From positions 1 to 64,000 of the forward strand of contig JAIOAV010000005.1 in the NCBI GenBank assembly GCA_019873665.1: 64,000 nucleotides of DNA, read 5' to 3'. Positions 19,214 through 29,839 of this stretch are shown piece after piece (position 1 is the stretch's first letter; every line of letters begins with the position of its first letter). This DNA is from Chloroflexota bacterium (GTDB lineage: Bacteria > Chloroflexota > Anaerolineae > JAAYEA01). A program made the translations under genes and the position numbers. Under the pieces are notes generated by a model that was not told the origin of the DNA, searched no databases, and was given only the letters and a program-made list of their open reading frames with translations.

Positions 19214-20137
19214 ATGACAACAGTGCGAATGATGCGTAGCAGCGAGGTGCAAGCCGCCATGGCTGCAGGGGCGGCGATCGTGGCGCTCGAGTCGAATGTG
19301 ATCTCGAGCGGGCTGCCCTATCCCGAGAACATCGCCACAGCATACAAAGTGGAGCAGGCAATTCGCGACGCTGGCGCCGTGCCTGCGACTATTGCGGTGC
19401 TCCACGGCCAGATCAAGGTGGGGCTGACGGGAGACGAGATCGAATACCTCGGCACAGCGCGTGGCACGCGCAAGATGAGCCGGCGCGATCTACCCCTGGC
19501 GCTGGCACAGGCATGGAGTGGTGGCACCACGGTGGCAGCCACCATGCTCCTCGCTCACCGGGCAGGGATCCGTGTTTTCGCCACCGGCGGCATCGGCGGC
19601 GTGCATCGTGGGCAGCCTTTGGATGTCTCCGCCGATCTGCCCGAGCTGGCCCAGACGCCGGTCCTGGTGGTTTGCTCCGGCGCCAAGGCGATCTTGGACC
19701 TGCCGCTGACGCTGGAGTGGCTGGAAACGCACGGCGTGCCAGTGATCGGATTTGGCACATCCGAGTTCCCCTCTTTCTACAGCCGCCATAGCGGGCTGGG
19801 GGTAGACGTGCGTGTGGATCAGCCTGAAGAGGCAGCAAACATCTTTCGGGCGCAGCGGGCGCTGGGCATGAGTACCGCCCTGCTGGTGACGGTGCCAGTG
19901 CCGGCCGATGTGGAGCTGGATCACGTGCAAATGGAGCAGGCGATCAACGCCGCACTGGGGGAGGCCGCAGCCGCAGGAGTCAGCGGCAAAGCACTGACAC
20001 CCTTCCTCCTCTCTCGTGTGGCTGGCCTCACTGCGGGCGCTAGCCTGCGAGCAAATGTGGCGCTATTGGAGAATAACGCACGCGTGGCCGCGACCATCGC
20101 CGCTGCGCTGCAGTCGGGAGCGGCGAATGAAATCTGA
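19214..20137 (+). CDS. psuG: Pseudouridine-5'-phosphate glycosidase
   Basis: 307 aa, YeiN/PsuG-like throughout (…VALESNVISSGLPYPENI…ATGGIGGVHRG…VLVVCSGAKAILD…). Confidence 0.85.
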   Translation: MTTVRMMRSSEVQAAMAAGAAIVALESNVISSGLPYPENIATAYKVEQAIRDAGAVPATIAVLHGQIKVGLTGDEIEYLGTARGTRKMSRRDLPLALAQAWSGGTTVAATMLLAHRAGIRVFATGGIGGVHRGQPLDVSADLPELAQTPVLVVCSGAKAILDLPLTLEWLETHGVPVIGFGTSEFPSFYSRHSGLGVDVRVDQPEEAANIFRAQRALGMSTALLVTVPVPADVELDHVQMEQAINAALGEAAAAGVSGKALTPFLLSRVAGLTAGASLRANVALLENNARVAATIAAALQSGAANEI

Positions 20138-20792
20138 CGCCTGGGCGCTGATTCTTTCGTACATCTATGTTTTTGCCGTCATCCTGTGCGGCGAAGGGCT
20201 GCGCCGTTGGCGGCGCTATTCCGTTGATTTCACGCGCAAATTCATCCACGTCGGCGTCGGCCTATGGAGCATCGGCACCGTCGCGCTATTCCAGAATCGT
20301 TATCTGGCGATGATCCCGCCCCTTTCCTTCGTTGTCATCAACTATATCTCTTACCGGCGCGAGACCTTCAAGGCAATGGAAACCGGAGAGCCTGGCAACC
20401 TGGGCACCGTCTATTTCCCTGTCTCCTTTGCCGTGTTGATCCTCTGGTTCTGGGGGCAGCCGGCGCTGCTCGTGGCGAGCCTCATGCCGATGACGCTTGG
20501 CGACGCCGCAGCTGCCCTGGTCGGCGAACGCTTTGGCCATCACCGCTTCCGTGTATTCGGCAGTCAAAAAAGCTGGGAGGGGAGCATTGCCATGTTCCTG
20601 GTAAGCTCTCTGGCCATATGGATCACGCTGAGGATCATGTCCGCCGCAGGGTGGGCGATCAACCTGTGGCTCGCTGCCATCGTCGCCCTTGCGGCTACTG
20701 CTGTGGAAGCCTTCACTCCATGGCGCATGGACAACCTGACTGTGCCATTCGTATCCGCGCTCGTCCTGGCGTTGCAGTCCGCCGTGCGCTAG
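20127..20792 (+). CDS. Polyprenol/phytol/dolichol-kinase-family (CTP-dependent) membrane protein
   Basis: Multi-TM 221-aa protein with RKxxH-type motif (TRKFIHVGVG) and an LGD…ERFG segment typical of the dolichol kinase/VTE5/CdsA superfamily; start overlaps the psuG stop (ATGAAATCTGA). Confidence 0.5.
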   Translation: MKSDAWALILSYIYVFAVILCGEGLRRWRRYSVDFTRKFIHVGVGLWSIGTVALFQNRYLAMIPPLSFVVINYISYRRETFKAMETGEPGNLGTVYFPVSFAVLILWFWGQPALLVASLMPMTLGDAAAALVGERFGHHRFRVFGSQKSWEGSIAMFLVSSLAIWITLRIMSAAGWAINLWLAAIVALAATAVEAFTPWRMDNLTVPFVSALVLALQSAVR

Positions 20793-20813
20793 AGAACTCT
20801 GGGGAACGCCGGA

Positions 20814-20842
20814 TTTGCTGCCAAAGCTGAATAGTGCTATAA
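20814..20842 (+). promoter_or_regulatory. Sigma70-like promoter for rpsO (TTGCTG-17-TATAAT)
   Basis: ttgctg ccaaagctgaatagtgc tataat ~80 nt upstream of the rpsO ATG. Confidence 0.5.
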
Positions 20843-20924
20843 TTGCCAATCGGAGAAACTGCGCATTCTGCTATTCGCCAACAAGCTCCAGATGACGACT
20901 GATTCGAGCAGAAAGGAAGTACAT

Positions 20925-21194
20925 ATGCCTTTGTCCACCGAGCAAAAGATGACCATCATTCAGGAGTATCATCTGCACCAATCAGATACCGGCTCTCCGG
21001 AAGTGCAGATTGCTCTGCTCACGCGGCGGATTAGCGACCTGACGGAACACCTGAAGATCCACAAGCACGATGAACACTCGCGGCGCGGGCTGATCAAGTT
21101 GGTGGGGCAGCGGCGTCGGCACTTGAACTACCTCAGCCAGAAAGACGTGAACCGATATCGTGAGATCGTGGCACGGCTTGGCCTGCGCAAGTAG
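20925..21194 (+). CDS. rpsO: 30S ribosomal protein S15
   Basis: MPLSTEQK… with conserved [13 protein letters not shown]…HDEHSRRGL…; RBS gaaaggaag; start chosen at the internal Met of the longer ORF. Confidence 0.9.
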   Translation: MPLSTEQKMTIIQEYHLHQSDTGSPEVQIALLTRRISDLTEHLKIHKHDEHSRRGLIKLVGQRRRHLNYLSQKDVNRYREIVARLGLRK

Positions 21195-21224
21195 GCGATC
21201 GTTCACCTGAGACGTCTGAACAGC

Positions 21225-21262
21225 GAGTAGATGGTGAGATCACTCTCCATCTACTCGTTTGG
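21225..21262 (+). terminator. rpsO terminator/read-through hairpin in the rpsO-pnp intergenic leader
   Basis: 10-bp stem gagtagatgg…ccatctactc followed by gtttgg; a second long hairpin (gagtgagc…gctcactc, 21328-21365) lies in the pnp leader. Confidence 0.45.
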
Positions 21263-21408
21263 CTGTAGGTAGGAGGGATGGGTTTGAGGTTGAGCCACGG
21301 GTACAGGAATTGGAGAGTGCGCCTAACGAGTGAGCGTCGTCAGCCACGCGCCGTGAGGCTCACTCTCCAGTCCCTGGCCGATGGTCCAACCTCGCATACA
21401 GAGGAAGG

Positions 21409-23604
21409 ATGAAAGGGACAATGACACACACATTTACAGCGAAATTGGGGGAGGAGACGGTTACGCTCGAAACGGGCAAACTGGCGATGCAAGCGGGGGG
21501 CGCCGTAACGGTGCGCTCCGGCGACACCATCGTGCTGGTAACCGCCACAGCCTCCAGCCAACAGCGGGAAGGGGTTGATTTCTTCCCCTTGACCGTGGAC
21601 TATGAAGAGCGGCTCTACGCAGCAGGCAAGATCCCCGGCGGTTTCTTCCGGCGGGAAGGCCGTCCTACCGAGGGGGCGATCCTGACCGCGCGCCTCGTCG
21701 ACCGCGCATTGCGACCTCTCTTTCCCAAGGGCATGCGCAATGACGTCCAGGTGATCATCACCGCGCTCTCCGCAGATCAAGAGCACCTCGTGGATACATT
21801 GGCGATCATCGGTGCGTCCACAGCACTGATGATCTCTGATATCCCGTTCAATGGCCCGGTAGGAGCCGTGCGGATGGGATACATTGACGGCCAGCTCACT
21901 GTCAACCCATCCGTCTCTCAGGCAGAGAACAGTCTGCTGGACCTGCGCCTGGCCGGCACGCGCGAGGCCGTCAACATGGTGGAAGCGGGTGCCCACGAAG
22001 TCCCGGAAGAGATCATGCTCCAGGCGTTGGAGAAAGGGCATCAGGCGATTCAGGACGTCATTCGCGTCCAAGAAGAGATGCGAGAAGCGGTTGGCAAGCC
22101 AAAGGGCAACTATCCGATTCACGAGGTCCGGCAGGACCTTGTGGACGCCATCAAGGCGCAGTTCGCAGCGCGCATCACCGAAGTGATTAAAACGTCCGGC
22201 CTGAAAGAGGAACGAAACGCCGGTCTGGACGCGCTTCGGGATGAGGCGGTGGCCGCATTTGCGGAGAGTTATAGCGAGCTTGATGTTCGAGAGGCCTTTG
22301 AAAAGGTGCTCAAGGCCACCGTCCGGCAGCGCGTGCTACAGGAGGGGCTTCGGCCCGACGGGCGTGACGCCAAGACGATCCGCCCCATCACATGCGAGGT
22401 CGGCATGTTGCCGCGTGCACACGGCTCCGGGCTCTTTACACGCGGCGAAACGCAGGTCCTCACCATCGCGACGCTCGGCACGGTGGGTGACGAGCAGATG
22501 CTGGAAGGGCTGGAGGATGAGGGCAGCAAGCGCTACCTGCACCACTATAACTTCCCTCCCTACTCTGTCGGCGAGGTTCGACCACTGCGCGGCCCTGGCC
22601 GTCGCGAGATCGGGCACGGCGCGTTGGCAGAGCGTGCGCTAGTGCCAGTGATCCCCGCCGAGGAGACCTTCCCCTATACTATTCGTCTCGTTTCCGAGGT
22701 TCTCTCTTCAAACGGCTCGACCTCCATGGCGAGCACCTGCGCCAGCACGCTGGCACTGATGGATGCAGGCGTGCCGATCCATGCGCCGGTCGCCGGCGTG
22801 GCCATGGGCTTGATCAAAGAGGGCGACCGTCATGTCGTGCTGACCGATATCCTGGGCATGGAAGATTTCCTGGGAGACATGGACTTTAAGGTGGCAGGCA
22901 CGGCCAAGGGCATCACTGCCCTGCAGATGGACATCAAGATCGCGGGATTGAGCCAGGCCATTCTCGGCGAAGCGCTGGCGCAGGCACGGGAAGCCCGTCT
23001 CTTTATCCTGGACAAGATGCTCCAGACGATAGACAAGCCGCGTCCGCACCTGTCCCCGTTTGCGCCTCAGATCACGATCATCAAGATCAATCCGGACAAG
23101 ATCGGCACCGTTATCGGCCCGGGTGGCAAGACGATCCGCAGTATCATCGAACAGACTGGCGCCAAGATAGACGTGGAGGATGACGGCAGCGTCTATGTTT
23201 CGGCAGTGGATCAGGCCAGCGGCAACAAGGCGCTGGAGATAATCCGCGGCTTGACAGAGGAGGCAGAGATCGGCAAGATCTACACCGGTCGCGTGGTGCG
23301 CACCACCCCGTTCGGCGCCTTTGTGGAGATCCTTCCGGGCAAAGAGGGACTGGTGCATATCTCGCAGCTGGCTGACTATCGTGTTCCCAGCGTCGAGGAC
23401 GTGGTGCACGAAGGCGATGAGATCATGGTCATGGTGATCGATATTGACTCGGACGGCAAGATCAGGCTCTCGCGGCAGGCCGTGCTAGAAGGTTGGACCG
23501 CCGCTGAGGCGCGCGAGCGCGACCGCAGGCCGCGCCGTGAGAGCAGCGCGCCGCGCAGCGGCGACCGTGGTGAACGCAGTGGGCGAGACAGGCGATCCCG
23601 CTAG
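21409..23604 (+). CDS. pnp: Polyribonucleotide nucleotidyltransferase (PNPase)
   Basis: Two RNase PH domains, KH and S1 domains (…[29 protein letters not shown]…; S1 …[21 protein letters not shown]…) and an Arg-rich tail; the start may be the Met at 21421. Confidence 0.92.
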   Translation: MKGTMTHTFTAKLGEETVTLETGKLAMQAGGAVTVRSGDTIVLVTATASSQQREGVDFFPLTVDYEERLYAAGKIPGGFFRREGRPTEGAILTARLVDRALRPLFPKGMRNDVQVIITALSADQEHLVDTLAIIGASTALMISDIPFNGPVGAVRMGYIDGQLTVNPSVSQAENSLLDLRLAGTREAVNMVEAGAHEVPEEIMLQALEKGHQAIQDVIRVQEEMREAVGKPKGNYPIHEVRQDLVDAIKAQFAARITEVIKTSGLKEERNAGLDALRDEAVAAFAESYSELDVREAFEKVLKATVRQRVLQEGLRPDGRDAKTIRPITCEVGMLPRAHGSGLFTRGETQVLTIATLGTVGDEQMLEGLEDEGSKRYLHHYNFPPYSVGEVRPLRGPGRREIGHGALAERALVPVIPAEETFPYTIRLVSEVLSSNGSTSMASTCASTLALMDAGVPIHAPVAGVAMGLIKEGDRHVVLTDILGMEDFLGDMDFKVAGTAKGITALQMDIKIAGLSQAILGEALAQAREARLFILDKMLQTIDKPRPHLSPFAPQITIIKINPDKIGTVIGPGGKTIRSIIEQTGAKIDVEDDGSVYVSAVDQASGNKALEIIRGLTEEAEIGKIYTGRVVRTTPFGAFVEILPGKEGLVHISQLADYRVPSVEDVVHEGDEIMVMVIDIDSDGKIRLSRQAVLEGWTAAEARERDRRPRRESSAPRSGDRGERSGRDRRSR

Positions 23605-23625
23605 ACCCATCTGGAGAAGGGAAGG

Positions 23626-24195
23626 ATGTCCGACGAATCTTATCGCGCAGAGGCCGAACAGACCTCCGCGCCACGCAGCAGGAGCGGGCTAGGTAGCTGG
23701 ATACGCGATCTTCTGGAAACGGTTGTCCCGGCACTGATCATCGTACTGGTCGTCAACCTTTTCTTGGCCCAAGCCACACGAGTGGAAGGTCAGAGCATGG
23801 AGCCGAGCCTTTACAATGATCAGCGCCTGATCATCGAAAAAGTCTCGTATCACTTTCATCCACCGCGCCGAGGCGATATAGTCGTCCTCAAGCTGCCGAA
23901 TCGCCCGGGCCCCCCGCTGATCAAGCGCGTGATCGGGTTGCCAGGCGAGATGGTGGAAATCCAGCAGGGCCATGTGTATATCAATGGCGAACTGCTGCAG
24001 GAGCCGTACCTGACCCAACTCACCTTTAGCAGCCACTCCCGTGAGGTCGTGCCGGAAGACAGCATCTTTGTGCTGGGCGACAACCGCGGCTATAGCAGCG
24101 ATTCACGCTCGTTTGGCGTGGTGAAGCTGGAGTACGTCATCGGGCGAGCGTGGTTCCGCTACTGGCCACTGGACGAGATCGGATTCGTGCGGTAG
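23626..24195 (+). CDS. lepB: Signal peptidase I
   Basis: Catalytic Ser box (GQSMEPSL) and Lys box (RGDIVVLK), plus the GDNRGYSSDSR motif. Confidence 0.88.
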   Translation: MSDESYRAEAEQTSAPRSRSGLGSWIRDLLETVVPALIIVLVVNLFLAQATRVEGQSMEPSLYNDQRLIIEKVSYHFHPPRRGDIVVLKLPNRPGPPLIKRVIGLPGEMVEIQQGHVYINGELLQEPYLTQLTFSSHSREVVPEDSIFVLGDNRGYSSDSRSFGVVKLEYVIGRAWFRYWPLDEIGFVR

Positions 24196-24306
24196 GCGCA
24201 GTGCAGCTCTTCGTTGGCGATTTGATCTTTTGGCCTGAACAGCGTATAATCGCAAACTGGCTTGTGGGAAGACAAGAACAGATCATCGTAGTGGAGGTGA
24301 TCATCA

Positions 24307-24600
24307 ATGCCACTGTACGAATATGAATGCGAGACGTGTGGGATTCGTTTCGAGCGCAAGCAGAGCATGGCTGATGCGCCTCTACGCACCTGCCCGGAGT
24401 GCTCGGGGCCGGTACATCGCATCATCCAGCCTGTGGGGATTGTCTTTAAGGGCTCCGGTTTCTATTGCACAGATCACCGCACCGGCTCCGGCGCAACGCT
24501 GACCTCAGGCAAGAGCGAACCCACAGACAAGAGCACATCCACAGACAAGAGCGAAACTGCAGCCAAGAGCGCCAGAAAGGAAACCGCCGCGAGCGACTGA
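24307..24600 (+). CDS. FmdB-family zinc-ribbon regulatory protein
   Basis: MPLYEYECETCG…CPECSG with CxxC…CxxC spacing typical of the FmdB family; low-complexity Ser/Thr/Lys tail. Confidence 0.75.
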   Translation: MPLYEYECETCGIRFERKQSMADAPLRTCPECSGPVHRIIQPVGIVFKGSGFYCTDHRTGSGATLTSGKSEPTDKSTSTDKSETAAKSARKETAASD

Positions 24601-24641
24601 GCGCGGCGGTGCACGATGCGCGCCGAATGTCTCATAGCGAA

Positions 24642-24678
24642 AAACAGGAGCATGAAGATAAGACTCATGCTCCTGTTT
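24642..24678. terminator. Bidirectional rho-independent terminator between convergent genes
   Basis: Perfect inverted repeat aaacaggagcatga…tcatgctcctgttt flanked by A/T runs on both strands. Confidence 0.7.
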
Positions 24679-24690
24679 CTATCTCAGGAC

Positions 24691-24990
24691 CTATAGCTGA
24701 AAGCCGCCTTCTGCCTTCACAACCTTGCGAGAATAGTTGAGCACGTATTCCTGCAACCGCTCTTCGAGCTGGATCCACACTTCGTTGCGCAGAAGCGCTT
24801 CCATGGTCTCCATATCCTGCACCACACCGCCGGCCAAGACCTGCGGGCCTTCACCATAGACCGTCAGCCAGGCATCCGTGGGCGTGATGCCCAGCTTCTG
24901 GATAGTGGGCGTGAAATCCTGAACCAGGAAATCCATAAACTCTTTCTCTTTGTTCGCGATGATGTCCCAACTCATGAGCAGCTTGACCAC
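24691..24990 (-). CDS. Hypothetical small protein (~99 aa)
   Basis: ORF with normal codon usage and convergent terminator; no family confidently recognised. Confidence 0.4.
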   Translation of the reverse strand: MVKLLMSWDIIANKEKEFMDFLVQDFTPTIQKLGITPTDAWLTVYGEGPQVLAGGVVQDMETMEALLRNEVWIQLEERLQEYVLNYSRKVVKAEGGFQL

Positions 24991-25074
24991 AGTATCATAT
25001 CCTTCTGTTGATAGCTCTGACTGCTATCATGATACCATACTGTGCCCATTCAGACAAACGATGAGGAGAACGCT

Positions 25075-25512
25075 ATGCGTCTAGTTCTGCAGCGGGTCGT
25101 CAAGGGTTCGGTTACCGTTGATGGCGAGGTCGTCGGAGCGATCGGCCCGGGACTTGTCGTGCTGATCGGTGTCCGCGAGGGAGATGGCGAGGAGCAAGCA
25201 GCCTGGCTCGCGCACAAAGCCGCCAATCTGCGCATTTTCGCCGACGAGCAAGGCAAGTTCAACAGGTCGCTGCGCGATGTAGGAGGCGAGATGCTGGTGA
25301 TCTCCCAGTTCACTCTGTACGGCGATGCGCAAAAGGGGCTGCGCCCCAGTTTCAGCGATGCGGCTCGCCCTGAGCTGGCAGAGCCGCTGATTGACCGGTT
25401 TGTCGCCCATGTACGCGCCGAAGGCGTGCGTGTCCAGACCGGTGTTTTCCAGGCGATGATGCTGGTAGAAATCCATAACGACGGGCCGGTTACGCTCATC
25501 CTTGAGAGATGA
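25075..25512 (+). CDS. dtd: D-aminoacyl-tRNA deacylase
   Basis: MRLVLQRV…[22 protein letters not shown]…ISQFTLYGD…[10 protein letters not shown] match the Dtd family end to end. Confidence 0.9.
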   Translation: MRLVLQRVVKGSVTVDGEVVGAIGPGLVVLIGVREGDGEEQAAWLAHKAANLRIFADEQGKFNRSLRDVGGEMLVISQFTLYGDAQKGLRPSFSDAARPELAEPLIDRFVAHVRAEGVRVQTGVFQAMMLVEIHNDGPVTLILER

Positions 25513-26406
25513 TCAGTCCACTCCCCCGCGCGGCAACCCATCGGCGGCGAGGCTATCCAGGCCACTGGCCTGCACCCACGCCTCCAGCGCCGTCAGCAAT
25601 TGCCATGGCGCATAAGGCTGCCGCAGGATAACGCTATCCAGAAGGATGGCGTGCGCACCTGCAGCCAGACACGCGAGAATATCGTCCAGGGTGTGCACGC
25701 CACCGCGCGCGATGAGCGGCGCACCTAGCCCGGCCGCCAGTCGGCGGAGTTGTTGCAGGCACAGCGGCAGCAATGCCGGGCTGAACAACTCGCCCTGATA
25801 TGCCGCACCGCTCACCACATCCGGCAGCCAGCCCACAGGCGGCGCCGAAACCACCAGGGCATCAGCGCCCATCTCCACGCACCGCCGCGCTAGATGCACA
25901 TTCGCCATGAAAGGCAGCTCCACCAACAGCGGCATATTGGCCGCCGTGCGCACTTGCGAAATGACCTCCAGTAGCGCATCCTCGGCCTCATCTCCGATGG
26001 CACCTGGCGGTACGCTCAGCGCCAGACCAGCCACCCCTGGCAGGCCCTCCACGCGTGCTGCCAAGCGCGCGTGTTCTTGCGCGTCGCCACCGCATACATG
26101 CACGATGATCGGCACGCCCCAACTTGCCCATGCGGGGGCATCATGGCGCAAAACGTGCCGCAAACCCGGGTTCTGCCAGCCTACCTGCAAGAGAAAGCCA
26201 GCGGGAACCTCGTGCAGGCGTGGTTGCGGCGCTCTCGACCAAGGGCGAAAGCTCAACGGGGCGGTGACCAGTGCGCCCAGCCGGCTGAGGTCGCCGATCC
26301 GGGACAATTCGGTGCCATAGCCACCGAAGCCGGACGCGATCATGATGGGGTTCGAGAGGTCGAGTCCCCACTTGTGCTGTGGGGCCAGACGCACCGACAG
26401 ATTCAC
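25513..26406 (-). CDS. Dihydroorotate-dehydrogenase-family (class 1-like TIM barrel) protein
   Basis: N-terminal LSNPIMIASGFGGYGTE resembles DHOD substrate/FMN-binding region; the catalytic-loop cysteine is not obvious (VVSAPPVGW), so function is uncertain; 4-nt overlap with the upstream amidase gene. Confidence 0.5.
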   Translation of the reverse strand: MNLSVRLAPQHKWGLDLSNPIMIASGFGGYGTELSRIGDLSRLGALVTAPLSFRPWSRAPQPRLHEVPAGFLLQVGWQNPGLRHVLRHDAPAWASWGVPIIVHVCGGDAQEHARLAARVEGLPGVAGLALSVPPGAIGDEAEDALLEVISQVRTAANMPLLVELPFMANVHLARRCVEMGADALVVSAPPVGWLPDVVSGAAYQGELFSPALLPLCLQQLRRLAAGLGAPLIARGGVHTLDDILACLAAGAHAILLDSVILRQPYAPWQLLTALEAWVQASGLDSLAADGLPRGGVD

Positions 26407-27407
26407 CGTCCCACCTCGGCGCGGTACGCCTCAATGGCGGCCACGTAGGTCGCTGCTAGCGCCTCCAGGAACTCGGGGCGCTTGAGGAACTCGGCTTCCA
26501 TGGGATTAGAGATGAACACGGGCTCACTGAGCGCCCCCGGCATCTGGCTGGGGCGAACGCAGCGCTCTTCACATGGCCCCAGCAACACGAGATGTTGGCC
26601 AGGCTCGCCCGGCACGGCCAACGTGCTGTCGGGGATCGCGCCCCGATCATACGTCTTCAGTCCTGCCTCCGCGAGGAAGGCGAGCACATACTCCTGCACG
26701 ATCTGGGCAAAGCGTCTGCTTTTCTCGGCAAAGGGGCGCGCCTCACAATAGTAGGTCGTCGTGCCATAAACCTGGCGCACTATCTCCTTGTCCGGATGAT
26801 CAAAGCCGTTCAGATGAATGGAGAGCACTAGGTCTGCCTTGGCCTCATTGATCAGGTCAACTCGCATTTGCAGGTCATCTACCCAATCCACTTCACCCTC
26901 GCCGGTGATGTCTGGACCGATATTCTCGCCGACATAGTTATTCAGCAAGTAATCATCATCGCGCGTCAGGACCACGCCATAGCGCTTTTCCTCCAGCAGA
27001 CGGGCGAGGCGCAGAGCGATATCCAATACCACCTCACTCTCGTAAAAGTCCATCTTGCCTTCGTCGTTAAAGTGGCGCGCGCCGAGATCCACGCCACCGT
27101 GCCCCGGATCAATGGCCACGATGAAGGGAACGGTCGGCGTGGGGGTGACGGTGGGCGTCTCTGTGGGCACAGGCGTGCTGGTATTGGTGGCAGTGGGTGT
27201 TGCGCTTCGCACATGGGTGGCCGTGGCGGTTGGCGTCGCCGTCCAGGTAAGTATAGCCGTGGCGGTCGGCACGGGCGTGCTGCTCGAGACTATCATGCTC
27301 TGTGGAGCCAACGTGAGCGTCGGGGTGGGGGCCGGCGCTGCAGGATTGGCGGCACAACCTGCCAGGCAGAAGATGAGCAACAAGAGCGGTATCAGCCGTT
27401 TGCGCAT
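26403..27407 (-). CDS. N-acetylmuramoyl-L-alanine amidase (Amidase_3) lipoprotein with Thr/Pro-rich linker
   Basis: Lipoprotein signal (MRKRLIPLLLLIFCLAGCAA), TPTPT low-complexity linker, Amidase_3 motifs (IAIDPGHGG…, HLNG…). Confidence 0.8.
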   Translation of the reverse strand: MRKRLIPLLLLIFCLAGCAANPAAPAPTPTLTLAPQSMIVSSSTPVPTATAILTWTATPTATATHVRSATPTATNTSTPVPTETPTVTPTPTVPFIVAIDPGHGGVDLGARHFNDEGKMDFYESEVVLDIALRLARLLEEKRYGVVLTRDDDYLLNNYVGENIGPDITGEGEVDWVDDLQMRVDLINEAKADLVLSIHLNGFDHPDKEIVRQVYGTTTYYCEARPFAEKSRRFAQIVQEYVLAFLAEAGLKTYDRGAIPDSTLAVPGEPGQHLVLLGPCEERCVRPSQMPGALSEPVFISNPMEAEFLKRPEFLEALAATYVAAIEAYRAEVGR

Positions 27408-27496
27408 GAATCGGTTGCCTTTGCATCGGTCTCGGGGTGGATTCAATCGCGCTATTGTAGCACACTCATGTCGGCAGGCAAAACCACACGTCGGAT

Positions 27497-27670
27497 GGTA
27501 GTATATCCTTTGCGGTGGAAACTGCGCAGGGCAATGCAAGCCAGAATCGCCCTCTGAGCAGACACTTCACGTGGCCCAAAAGCATCGAATCGGAGCCAGA
27601 AACAGGCGTTTGGAGCGATTCTGGAGCCGTTTGACGCGACGATCGACGTCGCGTCAAATGCGGGATTTCC
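27497..27670 (+). repeat. Copy B of the ~170-bp conserved intergenic element, upstream of rpoD
   Basis: Aligns with copy A from ggtagtatatcc to gggatttcc; contains the perfect hairpin gacgcgacg-atcga-cgtcgcgtc. Confidence 0.8.
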
Positions 27671-27960
27671 GTCGAGATGGGTATACCACCGCATCAGCAC
27701 TTTTTTTGACACGCTCTCTCAAATGATGTATAATGATCAATAGTGGATGCGCAGGTTTCTCGCGGGGGAAAAGGTCAGACCTGCCGTATCGTCCACTGAT
27801 TGCCTGACGGCCCCAGCATATGGACACCATCGTGTCCCTCCGTCTGCGCAGCTTTGCCGGAGCGGTTTTGCCCCCCAAGGAGTGCTTTTGAGACGCGCAT
27901 GTGAGGCGATCACGCCAGCAAGCGGTGGCCACCCGAAACATCCCGTCTGCCGGTGAGTTC

Positions 27961-29238
<1,278 letters not shown>

Positions 29239-29342
29239 CAAACCGCACCGTCTGAGCCTAAGCCGCTAGATTACCTGATCGCAGTATCCGGGAAATGCAA
29301 GGGATGACGCATGGACAAGAACATTCATACAATGAGCGATAG

Positions 29343-29371
29343 TTGACAACGCGGTTGATATATGTTATGAT
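29343..29371 (+). promoter_or_regulatory. Consensus sigma70 promoter (TTGACA-17-TATGAT) for the ArsR-family gene
   Basis: ttgaca acgcggttgatatatgt tatgat 45 nt upstream of the ATG; overlapping AT-rich dyad could be the autoregulatory operator. Confidence 0.55.
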
Positions 29372-29413
29372 ACGTTTACCTTTGCGGTGTGATCTTTCGA
29401 CAGGAGTGAGCCC

Positions 29414-29776
29414 ATGCCCAAGAGAATGGATGATCGCTGCGAGGTCTATTTCCTGGATGAGGAGAAGGTCAAGCAGGCACAGAGCAATCTGGTAGACGGG
29501 CTGACCTCCACGCGCATGGCGCAGGTGTTCCATGCACTGAGCGACCCCAGCCGCGTTCGCACCGTGTCGGCGTTGGTCCCCGGGGAGCTTTGTGTCTGCG
29601 ACATTGCCGCCAGCGTCGGCATGAGCCAGTCGGCTGTCTCGCATCAACTGCGCGCGTTGCGCGACGCTGGCCTGGTCAAGTTTCGCAAAGTGGGTCGCAA
29701 GGCATATTATGCCCTCGAAGGCGATCACATCGCTTCGCTCTTTTCGGAGAGCTGGAAGCATGCCAAGCTGACATGA
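29414..29776 (+). CDS. ArsR/SmtB-family metalloregulatory transcriptional repressor
   Basis: wHTH with the alpha3 metal-binding ELCVCD motif and DNA-recognition helix (SQSAVSHQLRALRDAGLV). Confidence 0.85.
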   Translation: MPKRMDDRCEVYFLDEEKVKQAQSNLVDGLTSTRMAQVFHALSDPSRVRTVSALVPGELCVCDIAASVGMSQSAVSHQLRALRDAGLVKFRKVGRKAYYALEGDHIASLFSESWKHAKLT

Positions 29777-29839
29777 GTCTTGGCCCCCGCTATAGACAGG
29801 AGGGCAAAGGGCAAGGAAGCTGCTCTGCCCTCCTTTTTC

